Part shown: piece after piece, positions 1-8,407 of the stretch
Position numbering within the stretch: the stretch's first letter is position 1
How the letters are laid out: each line of letters begins with the position of its first letter
Made by a program: the position numbers and the translations under genes
The notes under the pieces: model-generated
The model's input: the letters and a program-made list of their open reading frames with translations, nothing else
The model's database searches: none
What the model was told of the DNA's origin: nothing
Source of the DNA: a virus
DNA: 45,240 bases
Direction: 5' to 3' (one strand)
Virus record (IMG/VR): IMGVR_UViG_3300045988_062454

Positions 1-55
1 AGTGGATGATTCCGATCCGCTCAAAGGAAATATGAATCCCCCGGAAGCACCTGAA
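1..55. repeat. 55-bp terminal direct repeat, identical to 45186..45240 (assembly overlap of a circular or circularly permuted genome)
   Basis: Base-by-base comparison shows agtggatgattccgatccgctcaaaggaaatatgaatcccccggaagcacctgaa at both ends. Confidence 0.95.
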
Positions 56-106
56 ACCCCGGCACAGGAAGAAAAGCCCCGCCGTAAGCGTAAGGCAAGA
101 GATTAA
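1..106 (+). CDS. 3' end of the wrap-around ORF that starts at 43456 (C-terminal tail of the nuclease/ATPase ORF)
   Basis: The reading frame open at 45240 continues in phase after the 55-bp overlap. It reads ...TPAQEEKPRRKRKARD and stops at TAA 104..106. Confidence 0.6.
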   Translation, partial: VDDSDPLKGNMNPPEAPETPAQEEKPRRKRKARD

Positions 107-125
107 AGAAAGGTAGGTACTTAGT

Positions 126-383
126 ATGAATATGTTTGGTTTACCCGATGAAGTAATGGATGCGATTGTAAAAAGTGCAATTCGCAGTCAGATGAGCGGA
201 AACAGCCGCACCCCGTTTGAGAAGTCGCAGGAAGTTCCGAAACCGAAAGAAGTTGACACGGCAGCAAGGGCGGCTAAGTCTGCAAAGGTCGCAAAAGAAC
301 TGTATGTTGCTTATCTGAAAGAAGGATTCTCAGAAGCGCAAGCATTTGAACTGACAAAAGGCAATCTGTACGCAAAATTATAA
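126..383 (+). CDS. hypothetical protein
   Basis: 85-aa ORF with an aaaggtagg RBS upstream. It is Lys/Ala-rich and has no recognisable motif. Confidence 0.45.
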   Translation: MNMFGLPDEVMDAIVKSAIRSQMSGNSRTPFEKSQEVPKPKEVDTAARAAKSAKVAKELYVAYLKEGFSEAQAFELTKGNLYAKL

Positions 384-403
384 GAAAAGGAAGGTAAATA
401 ATC

Positions 404-868
404 ATGGCTAATATTTGGGATGAATTTGATAAGGCGTTTGACACGGAAGCACTTGCAAAGGATGTTGAGGAAGCGGCGGAAAATGGGGGGCGGCGTGATG
501 TTCCCCATGATACCTATGAAATCTCTGTTCAGAAGTTGGAACTAACAAAAAGCAAGAAGGGCGATCCGATGGTTACTTGCTGGATGAAGATTGTTGAAGG
601 TGAGTACAAAGGCAGCTTGATCTTTATGAATCAGGTGGTTACACAGGGATTTCAAATTCATATTGTCAATGAATTTGTGCGTTCCCTTATTTCTGAAATG
701 GCTGATCCGATTGATGTTCACTTCAAAACATACGCGCAGTATCACGATATGTTGATGGATGTAATGGAAGCCATTGACAACAACTTTGAATATTCCCTTG
801 ATTACCGGGAAAACAGCAAAGGTTACAACGAGTTCGAGATCAAGGAAGTTTACGTTCTGGAAGATTAA
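404..868 (+). CDS. DUF669-like protein (SSB-like partner of Sak4-type ATPases)
   Basis: 154 aa, with a GDPM..W.KIVEGEYKGSLIF pattern. It sits between the AAA ATPase and the DNA polymerase, as in known Sak4/DUF669 modules. The family call is from memory. Confidence 0.55.
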   Translation: MANIWDEFDKAFDTEALAKDVEEAAENGGRRDVPHDTYEISVQKLELTKSKKGDPMVTCWMKIVEGEYKGSLIFMNQVVTQGFQIHIVNEFVRSLISEMADPIDVHFKTYAQYHDMLMDVMEAIDNNFEYSLDYRENSKGYNEFEIKEVYVLED

Positions 869-934
869 GCAGCGGGAAGCCGTGGCGGGGAGCAATCCCC
901 GCCCGGTATATCCCTTTTAGGAAGGGGTGAAGAA

Positions 935-2644
935 ATGCTTTTCTATGATTTTGAGGTTTTCAAGTATGATTGGCTTGTTGTGGTTATGGATATGACTACC
1001 CGGAAAACCCATGTAATAATCAATTCCCCGGAAGAACTTGAAGCCTTATATAAGGCAAATATAAAGGAAATATGGTGTGGATTTAACAGCCGTCACTACG
1101 ATCAATATATATTGAAAGCAATCCTTTGTGGGTTCGATCCAAAGAAGGTAAACGATTATATCATTGTGCGGGGAAATCCCGGTTGGAAGTATAGCAGCCT
1201 TTTCAAACAGTTCCCCCTTCTGAACTATGATGTGATGCTTGGGACGGACAGGGGCTTGAAATCCTTTGAAGGGTTTATGGGGAATGACATTAAGGAAAGT
1301 TCCGTTCCCTTTGACATAGATAGAAAGCTGACGGAAGAAGAAATTGCTGAAACTGTGAAATACTGCAAGCACGATGTTTCCAATACGGTTCAGGTATTCT
1401 TGAAAAGAACGGAAGAATTTAATACCATGATGTATTTCATCAAGCATTTCAATCTTCCGATTGATTTTATTTCAAAGACGAAAGCGCAGCTTGCGGCTGA
1501 AATCTTGGGCGGTAACAGGAAGGGGCAGGATTTTCACGATGAATTTGATTTCCCAATTTTGGATTGCCTTGACCTGAAAAAATATCGCTTCATTGCCGAT
1601 TGGTACAGGCAGCCGGAAAACCACGATTACACCCGGAAGCAGGATAAAGTGATGGTTGCCGGGGTGGAACACACCTTTTCTTGGGGCGGTGGACACGGCG
1701 CAAGGGCAAAATATTCATCTTCTGGCATTTTCCTGATTATTGATGTGACTGCCTACTACCCTTCTTTGCAGAAGAAATATCACTTTGGGTATCGGGTTAT
1801 GAACCACCCTGAAAATTTTGAGTTCATCCACGATTCAAACATTGAATTCAAGCGGAAGGGTGACAAAAAAGCAAGACAGCCATTCAAGATCATGGACAAC
1901 GCCATTTCAGGGCAGATGAAGCAAAAGCAATCTTCCCTGTATGATCCCATGAGTAACAATAGCATTTGCATAAATGGACAGCTTTTATTACTGGATTTGG
2001 TTGAACACATTGAACCGTATTGTGAACTTATCCAAAACAACACCGATGGTATCATTGTGAAAATTAAAGACTATGACCGGGATTTTGATAGGCTGGATGA
2101 TATTGTCTATGAGTGGGAGCAACGCACAGGAATGAAGATGGATTTTGATACCTTCATAGGTGATATATACCAAAAGGATGTAAACAATTATCTTTTGATT
2201 GACCGTGAAACGGGTGCGGTAAAGTCAAAGGGCGGCTATGTGATGAAGCTGAATGACCTTAGTTATGATTTACCGATTATCAACCGGGCTTTGGTGGATT
2301 ACATGATAAAAGGTATTCCGGTTGAAAGAACGGTGAACGAGTGTGACGATTTGCGGGAATTTCAGCTTGTATCAAGGATTAGCAGTAAGTACACCCACAT
2401 TCTATACGGCGATAAGCCGATAAAAGAAAAGTGTATCAGGATATTTGCTTCAAAATCAAATTCTGATCCGGGTGTAAAGAAAGTTCACGCCACAACAAAG
2501 CGGGCGGCAAAATTACAGAATTCCCCTGAACATTGCTTCATTTGGAATGATGATGTGAAGGGTGTTTCCGTTCCTGACAAGCTGGATCGGGAATGGTATA
2601 TCAGCTTTGCAAGAAAAAGATTATCAGATTTTGGGGTGATGTGA
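935..2644 (+). CDS. DNA polymerase with N-terminal 3'-5' exonuclease (family-B-like motifs)
   Basis: Exo motifs are FYDFEVF, NSRHYDQYIL and YCKHDV. Pol motifs are IDVTAYYPSL (like DxxSLYPS), KIMDNAISGQ and NNTDGIIV. Confidence 0.8.
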   Translation: MLFYDFEVFKYDWLVVVMDMTTRKTHVIINSPEELEALYKANIKEIWCGFNSRHYDQYILKAILCGFDPKKVNDYIIVRGNPGWKYSSLFKQFPLLNYDVMLGTDRGLKSFEGFMGNDIKESSVPFDIDRKLTEEEIAETVKYCKHDVSNTVQVFLKRTEEFNTMMYFIKHFNLPIDFISKTKAQLAAEILGGNRKGQDFHDEFDFPILDCLDLKKYRFIADWYRQPENHDYTRKQDKVMVAGVEHTFSWGGGHGARAKYSSSGIFLIIDVTAYYPSLQKKYHFGYRVMNHPENFEFIHDSNIEFKRKGDKKARQPFKIMDNAISGQMKQKQSSLYDPMSNNSICINGQLLLLDLVEHIEPYCELIQNNTDGIIVKIKDYDRDFDRLDDIVYEWEQRTGMKMDFDTFIGDIYQKDVNNYLLIDRETGAVKSKGGYVMKLNDLSYDLPIINRALVDYMIKGIPVERTVNECDDLREFQLVSRISSKYTHILYGDKPIKEKCIRIFASKSNSDPGVKKVHATTKRAAKLQNSPEHCFIWNDDVKGVSVPDKLDREWYISFARKRLSDFGVM

Positions 2645-3072
2645 TGGACGATTTACATATTAAGTGGGAAACGGGAAGAATGGTGATCCATTTAGAAAAC
2701 TTCTTTCCTACCAGTCAGGCAAGGTTGAAAAAGCTTATCAAAATCATTCGCCTTGACTGGCAACATTCAGATGAATTGATTGAAAAATTGAAAGTTTACT
2801 TTCAAGAAAAAATCCCGGAAAGTGAAGCTGAATTTCAGCGTTGCGGGAAAAAGTACATGGATTTTAAGCAGCGGGTGGCAGATACCGGACGAATGGTGCA
2901 GAGTAAAAAACGCCCTAATGGTGTTCCGCTGACAAAAGAAGAATTGAAAACCGAAAAAGAGCGGTTAAAAGATTACCGTGAATGGGAAAAGGACTATTTG
3001 CGGCAGGCAAAGAAGCACCAGCAGGAAAAGAAACAATACTTGGAACATTTGGAATATCTAAAAAAGGTGTAA
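2644..3072 (+). CDS. hypothetical coiled-coil protein
   Basis: ATG 2644 overlaps the polymerase stop (TGATG). The tracked ORF starts at 2593, but that start lies inside the polymerase gene. Confidence 0.45.
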   Translation: MDDLHIKWETGRMVIHLENFFPTSQARLKKLIKIIRLDWQHSDELIEKLKVYFQEKIPESEAEFQRCGKKYMDFKQRVADTGRMVQSKKRPNGVPLTKEELKTEKERLKDYREWEKDYLRQAKKHQQEKKQYLEHLEYLKKV

Positions 3073-3080
3073 GGTGGTGA

Positions 3081-4982
3081 TTGGAATTGTTCTTCAAAGG
3101 TTATGTGGAAACCAAAAATAAAAAATGTATTGAGAAATTCAAGGGCAGGACGGATTTCAAGACCTTTGAACAGGTTCAGTCATTGCCGGAGTATGCCGGG
3201 ATTTTGGCAGCAGAAACGATTTTGATTGATATTGATAATTTTGAGGAATCGGAAATTCTGTTTAACATTGTTCAAGAATTGAAATTGTGTTGCCGGGTGT
3301 ATAAAACCACACGAGGAAAACATTTCCTGTTCAAAAACAGCGGCGTTACTTCCAATGTGACAGGTAAGCCGGATCGCAGAACGGCAATAGGGTTGATTGC
3401 TGATATTAAGCTTGGTACAAGAAATTCCTATGAAGTTCTGAAATACGATGGCAGACAAAGGGAAGTTCTTTATGACACCGCAGAAAATGAGGAAGCCCAA
3501 CCCCTTCCCCGCTGGCTTTTTCCTATCAAGTCAAAAATGGAATTCGTTGATATGGATGCCGGAGACGGGAGAAATCAAGCCCTGTTCAACTATATTTTGA
3601 CCTTGCAGGCGAATGATTTTTCAGTCAGTGACGCAAGGGAAACAATCAGGATTATCAATAAGTATGTGCTGAAAGTCCCGCTGTCTGATAGTGAGATTGA
3701 AACCGTTCTTAGGGATGATGCGTTCAAAAAGCCCGTATTCTTTTCGGGATCAAGCTTCCTGTTTGATAAATTCGCAACCTTTTTGAAGAACAACAACCAC
3801 ATTATCAAAATCAATAATCAGCTTCACATTTATAAGAATGGTATCTATGTTTCCGGCTATTCTGAAATTGAAGCTGCTATGATACAGCATATTCCACAGC
3901 TTAACAGGGCAAAGAGGACGGAAGTTCTTGCCTACCTTGAAATTTTGATCCGTGAGAATACACGGGCGGAAGATGCAAACCTGATTGCCTTTGAAAATGG
4001 GCTATATAACATTGTGGATGATTCCTTCATAGAGTTTACTCCGGAACACATTATCACAAACAAAATCAGGTGGAAATATAATCCTGATACTTATTCAAAG
4101 ATTGCGGATGATGTGCTGAACCGTATTGCCTGTAACGATCCACAGATTAGGGCATTGTTGGAAGAAGCCATTGGGTATTGCTTCTATCGCAGGAATGAAC
4201 TTGGAAAGGCATTTATCCTGACCGGGGACAAGGCCAACGGAAAAAGCACCTTCCTTTCAATGGTGCAGAACCTTTTGGGGGAAGAAAATATTGCTTCCCT
4301 TGACCTGAAAGAACTTGGGGACAGGTTCAAAACCGCTGAATTGTTTGGCAAGCTTGCGAATGTGGGTGATGATATTGGGGATGAATTCATTGCCAATGCC
4401 GCCATTTTTAAGAAATTGGTGACAGGTGACAGAGTTTCCGCAGAGCGAAAAGGGCAAAACCCCTTTGAATTCAACAACTATTCAAAGCTTCTGTTTTCAG
4501 CCAATAACATTCCCCGTATCAAGGATAAAACGGGGGCGGTGCAGCGGCGTTTGACAATTATTCCTTTTGATGCAAAGTTCAGTGCTTCCGATCCTGATTT
4601 CAACCCGTATATCAAGCACCTGTTAAAGACTGATGAAGTCATGGAATACTTGATAAATTTGGGTATTGCAGGCTTAAAGCGGGTGCTTACTAATAGACAG
4701 TTCACACTTTCAACGAAAGTTCAAAAGGCAATGGACGAATACGAGGAAAGCAACAACCCTATTCTTGGCTTCTTCCGGGAATGTGAAGATGAAGATTTCC
4801 AAATTGAGAATGAGCCAACAAACAAGGTTTATAAGCGGTATCAGGAATATTGCCTTGCGAATAGCTTACAGCCTATGAGCAATATTGAATTTTCAAAGCA
4901 AGTGAACAGGATTTTGAATATGAAGGTTGTAGATAAATGGCTGAATGGAAGAAAACACCGGATTTTCGTTCCGGCAGAGTAA
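3081..4982 (+). CDS. bifunctional primase-polymerase / SF3 (D5/P4-type) helicase
   Basis: TTG start after RBS aaggtggtga. It has ILIDIDNF and TTRGKHFLF prim-pol motifs, Walker A GDKANGKST and Walker B VGDDIGDEF. Confidence 0.85.
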   Translation: MELFFKGYVETKNKKCIEKFKGRTDFKTFEQVQSLPEYAGILAAETILIDIDNFEESEILFNIVQELKLCCRVYKTTRGKHFLFKNSGVTSNVTGKPDRRTAIGLIADIKLGTRNSYEVLKYDGRQREVLYDTAENEEAQPLPRWLFPIKSKMEFVDMDAGDGRNQALFNYILTLQANDFSVSDARETIRIINKYVLKVPLSDSEIETVLRDDAFKKPVFFSGSSFLFDKFATFLKNNNHIIKINNQLHIYKNGIYVSGYSEIEAAMIQHIPQLNRAKRTEVLAYLEILIRENTRAEDANLIAFENGLYNIVDDSFIEFTPEHIITNKIRWKYNPDTYSKIADDVLNRIACNDPQIRALLEEAIGYCFYRRNELGKAFILTGDKANGKSTFLSMVQNLLGEENIASLDLKELGDRFKTAELFGKLANVGDDIGDEFIANAAIFKKLVTGDRVSAERKGQNPFEFNNYSKLLFSANNIPRIKDKTGAVQRRLTIIPFDAKFSASDPDFNPYIKHLLKTDEVMEYLINLGIAGLKRVLTNRQFTLSTKVQKAMDEYEESNNPILGFFRECEDEDFQIENEPTNKVYKRYQEYCLANSLQPMSNIEFSKQVNRILNMKVVDKWLNGRKHRIFVPAE

Positions 4983-5006
4983 AGAAGGTGAATTTTTTGA
5001 ATGAGC

Positions 5007-5024
5007 AGAGAGAGAGAGAGAGAG
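5007..5024. repeat. (AG)9 dinucleotide repeat
   Basis: Counted directly: atgagc(ag)9cagaca. It lies between ATG 5001 and the methyltransferase body. Confidence 0.95.
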
Positions 5025-5142
5025 CAGACAAGGGCTTGACTGGACAGGCAACCAGCGTAGCATTTATACAACCCTTGGTGCTTCAAACCACACGGACAAA
5101 GAACGGCAGCAACATGATTATTATGCCACAGAGCCTAAAGCA

Positions 5143-5628
5143 ATGGAACTTCTGCTTGCAGAGGAAGATTTTTCACCTGTCATTTGGGAATGTGCTTGCG
5201 GTGAAGGGCATTTGTCAAAAGTGCTTGAAGAACACGGCTTCGAGGTTATCAGCACAGATTTAATATATCGGGGCTTTGGTGATCCTGAACCGCTGGACTT
5301 CCTGAAAGATACTTTGGAAGATTTTGAAGGGGATATTATCACAAACCCGCCTTACAAATACGCTTTGGAATTTGTTCAAAAGGCGTTGGACAGTGTGCAG
5401 CCGGGAAAGAAAGTGGCAATGTTCCTGAAACTGCAATTCCTTGAAGGAAAGAGCCGCAAGCAGTTCTTTCTACATAATCCCCCAAAGGTGGTATATGTTA
5501 GTTCTTCCCGCCTTATATGCGCTATGAATGGGGAATTTGAGAAATACCCGTCAAGTGCGGTTGCTTATGCGTGGTTCGTTTGGGAAAAGGGGTTCAAGGG
5601 CGATCCTATAATCAAGTGGATAAATTGA
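5143..5628 (+). CDS. N6-adenine-type (NPPY) DNA methyltransferase; the conserved N-terminus extends upstream to ~5025 without an in-frame start
   Basis: It has WECACGEGHLS (AdoMet motif I-like) and DIITNPPY (motif IV). The same frame upstream reads ...SNHTDKERQQHDYYATEPKA. That looks like part of the protein, but the frame has no ATG, GTG or TTG between the stop at 5002 and 5143. Confidence 0.8.
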   Translation: MELLLAEEDFSPVIWECACGEGHLSKVLEEHGFEVISTDLIYRGFGDPEPLDFLKDTLEDFEGDIITNPPYKYALEFVQKALDSVQPGKKVAMFLKLQFLEGKSRKQFFLHNPPKVVYVSSSRLICAMNGEFEKYPSSAVAYAWFVWEKGFKGDPIIKWIN

Positions 5629-5640
5629 AAGGGGTGCAAG

Positions 5641-5847
5641 ATGAATAATCCAAAATATAACAGCGAGGGTTATGCCGATCCTACGGCTTATTATGGCACA
5701 AAGGAGATTATCAGAGAAGAAAGCGAAACAGAAAAACGGGCTTATGACCTGATAAAAGTGTTGAAGTTTATTATTCGTTCATGTGGCTTTGAATTGATTG
5801 AACGGGTAAAAATCAAAGATACCAAAACCGGAAGGGAGTTCAAATAA
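5641..5847 (+). CDS. hypothetical protein
   Basis: 68-aa ORF with RBS aaaggggtg upstream. Confidence 0.4.
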   Translation: MNNPKYNSEGYADPTAYYGTKEIIREESETEKRAYDLIKVLKFIIRSCGFELIERVKIKDTKTGREFK

Positions 5848-6083
5848 TGGATATGATGAAACAGCTTGATGAAGCAATCGGGGCAGCTTTTGAAGAATTC
5901 AAGAAGGAATTTGGAGAAGATGTTAAGCTTGAAGAAGGGGACGAATTTGTAACTGTATTTAATAATGCGGTTCTTGTGATTGGTGTTGAAGATTATACCC
6001 TGAAAACAAAGTTTATTGGTGGTAAACCATATAAGGTAGATATGACACTTGCAATTTATGAAGGGGGTTCGGATGATGAATAA
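5847..6083 (+). CDS. hypothetical acidic protein
   Basis: 78-aa ORF whose start overlaps the previous stop (TAATG). Confidence 0.4.
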   Translation: MDMMKQLDEAIGAAFEEFKKEFGEDVKLEEGDEFVTVFNNAVLVIGVEDYTLKTKFIGGKPYKVDMTLAIYEGGSDDE

Positions 6084-6609
6084 TTTTAGTGAAGCAGATA
6101 GAATTGAACAGTTTGAAAAGTTAATGAACCCTTATATTTCAAAGGAATTCAGGAATTGGCTGATTGCCAATGGATTTTTCACAGCCCCGGCTTCTATTCA
6201 TCACCACGGGGCATATACAGGGGCGTTGTTCGATCATAGCTTTGCAGTAACCAAAACGCTTCTTTCCTTCACAGAACGGCTTGGGTTATCGTGGATGAAA
6301 GAGCGCAGCCCCTATATTGTGGGTATGTTCCATGATTTGTGTAAGATTGATAATTACACATATTCGGGGAATGAAGCGTGGGAATATAACAATGCAACCT
6401 TTCTTCCGGGACATGGTGAAAAGTCGGTGATTATGCTGCAACAGCACATGAACCTTACAGATGAAGAAATGCTTTGTATCAGGTGGCACATGGGGGCTTT
6501 TGATGATAAAGAGCATTGGAACAGCTACGGGCGATCCGTGACACATTTTCCGAACGTGCTTTACACTCATACCGCAGATATGGTTGCAGCCCGTATTTTG
6601 GGGGTGTGA
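6073..6609 (+). CDS. HD-domain phosphohydrolase (YhaM-like HD domain)
   Basis: Motifs are SIHHHGAYTGALFDHS, GMFHDLCK, GHGEKS and IRWHMG. ATG 6073/6076 follows RBS aaggggg. The tracked ORF begins at 6049. Confidence 0.7.
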   Translation: MMNNFSEADRIEQFEKLMNPYISKEFRNWLIANGFFTAPASIHHHGAYTGALFDHSFAVTKTLLSFTERLGLSWMKERSPYIVGMFHDLCKIDNYTYSGNEAWEYNNATFLPGHGEKSVIMLQQHMNLTDEEMLCIRWHMGAFDDKEHWNSYGRSVTHFPNVLYTHTADMVAARILGV

Positions 6610-6611
6610 TT

Positions 6612-6749
6612 ATGAGCCGTGAACAGGATGATTTGGATCAGTTGAAATATATTCAAGAATGGACAAAGAAACAGGCGCAAAAAAGAGCAAGGCGAAAAGA
6701 ATTTGTTCAAAAATTCAAAAATAAATTGAAATGGTGGTGTAGAAAATGA
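6612..6749 (+). CDS. small basic protein (hypothetical)
   Basis: ATG 6612 follows ggggtg. 45 aa, Lys/Arg-rich. It overlaps the next start. Confidence 0.3.
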   Translation: MSREQDDLDQLKYIQEWTKKQAQKRARRKEFVQKFKNKLKWWCRK

Positions 6750-7642
6750 AGATATATGATGGAATTATGGGTTTGGTTGTCGCTGATGCGGTTGGTGTTC
6801 CGTTTGAGTTTAAGAAGCGTGATACTTTCAAGGCGGATAAAATGACCGGGTACGGGACTTACAATCAGCCGCCCGGTACTTGGTCGGATGATAGCAGTTT
6901 GACACTTGCCACGGTTGCAAGCATGGGAAGAAAGGGGAAGATTGATCCGGCTGATATAATGAACAATTTCTTCTTATGGCTGGATGATGGGGCATATACC
7001 CCTTATGGGAAGGTGTTTGATGTGGGCGGCAGCACAAGAAAGGCAATTTCAAGATATGCGAACGGCGTTGAACCTTTGAACTGTGGTGGCAAAACCCGCA
7101 TGGATAACGGCAACGGTGCTTTAATGCGTATTCTTCCACTGGCGTTCATCCCCCATACTGCACAGGATATTTTGAAGGTTGGTAAGCTGACACACGCACA
7201 TGAGATTTCACAAACTGCTTGCCGCTTATATGTTCACCTTGCCGGAAAGCTTATTGAAGGAACGCCGATAAAGGAAGCAATCTGTTCTTTGGCTTATCTT
7301 CCACCCGTTACACAGATGAAGGAATTTGAACGGATTGCCTATATTGGTGAACTGAACCGGGATGAAATCAAAAGTTCCGGGTATGTGGTTGACACACTGG
7401 AAGCCGCCCTTTGGTGTTTATGGGCAACCAACACTTACAAGGATTGTGTGCTTACCGCCGTGAATTTGGGTGAAGATACTGACACAGTGGCAGCGGTGGC
7501 AGGCGGGCTTGCCGGGATTGTTTATGGTTGTGGTGGTAAAAACGGCATACCTACCCGCTGGATCAATCAGATTGCCCGCAAAGAATGGATTCAGATGCTT
7601 TGTGATAATTTTGAAAGTAAATTTTCAAAACATTCAACTTGA
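6746..7642 (+). CDS. ADP-ribosylglycohydrolase (ARH/DraG family)
   Basis: Motifs are GLVVADAVGVPFE, GTWSDDSSLTLA, GNGALMRILP and GEDTDTVAAVAGGLAG. Confidence 0.85.
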   Translation: MKIYDGIMGLVVADAVGVPFEFKKRDTFKADKMTGYGTYNQPPGTWSDDSSLTLATVASMGRKGKIDPADIMNNFFLWLDDGAYTPYGKVFDVGGSTRKAISRYANGVEPLNCGGKTRMDNGNGALMRILPLAFIPHTAQDILKVGKLTHAHEISQTACRLYVHLAGKLIEGTPIKEAICSLAYLPPVTQMKEFERIAYIGELNRDEIKSSGYVVDTLEAALWCLWATNTYKDCVLTAVNLGEDTDTVAAVAGGLAGIVYGCGGKNGIPTRWINQIARKEWIQMLCDNFESKFSKHST

Positions 7643-7787
7643 TATTCAAGATACATTCAAGTTGTAGTTGTTAAAACTTGAATGATGAAAAAGCTTGATA
7701 TTATGCTAATTTTCTAATATTCATTCAAGTTATTCAAGTTGTTTTCATGTTCTTTATAAATGGTATTTTTATAGTTTTGTGACTTAC

Positions 7788-7839
7788 TATTTTTTCACAA
7801 AAAATAATATAAAGAGAAACAACAAGTTGAAGTTGAATG
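7788..7839 (+). repeat. 52-bp perfect inverted-repeat copy A (partner at 35828..35879)
   Basis: tattttttcacaaaaaataatataaagagaaacaacaagttgaagttgaatg equals the reverse complement of 35828..35879. Flanking bases differ on both sides. Confidence 0.95.
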
Positions 7840-7928
7840 AAGCTATATGCGCTTTTTCTCAAATACAGATAGAATCAAGGCTTTTTACACATTCAAGATA
7901 AATTCAAGTTAGGAAAGGAAGTTGTACC

Positions 7929-8351
7929 ATGCGGGCGAAAGAATATTTGCAGCAGTTACGGCGGTTAGATACCGTCATAGATCAGAAAATCAAGGAATTA
8001 GACGATTTGAAGGTAAAGTCAACCTGTATCGGCGGGTTTGATTATTCAAAAGAACGGGTGCAGACAAGCCCTTCCGGTGATGCGCCGTATGTAAGGACAG
8101 TAAGCCGGATTGTTGATCTGAATGAAGAAATCAACCGGGAAATTGATGATTTTGTTGACCGGAAGCACAAGATTATCAATCAGATTCAGGGGTTAGACAA
8201 TCCTAATTACATTAAGCTTCTGTTCAAGCGGTATGTTGAATTCAAAAAGTTTGAAGAAATCGCTTTTGAATTAGATTTTACATACCAATACACCATAGAA
8301 CTTCACGGGTATGCGCTTAAAGAATTTGAAAAAACCTATCTCACCCAATGA
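7929..8351 (+). CDS. putative late-gene transcription regulator (DUF1492 / sigma-70 region-4-like)
   Basis: 140 aa. It has an N-terminal EYLQQLRRLDTVIDQKIKELDDL pattern and a C-terminal FEEIAFELDFTYQYTIELHGYALKEF (HTH-like). It sits directly upstream of terS. The family call is from memory. Confidence 0.5.
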   Translation: MRAKEYLQQLRRLDTVIDQKIKELDDLKVKSTCIGGFDYSKERVQTSPSGDAPYVRTVSRIVDLNEEINREIDDFVDRKHKIINQIQGLDNPNYIKLLFKRYVEFKKFEEIAFELDFTYQYTIELHGYALKEFEKTYLTQ

Positions 8352-8407
8352 AAACCTATGTCTGTCCCGTGGTAACTTATATATGTATGTGCTATTATGA
8401 TAGGGTG

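Noticed and set aside
4937-5263. 108-aa + strand ORF that spans the primase 3' end, the (AG)9 tract and the MTase 5' end.
   Set aside because: It starts inside the primase gene and reads the MTase region out of frame, so its product has no recognisable features. It is the third-frame consequence of the (AG)9 arrangement rather than a gene.
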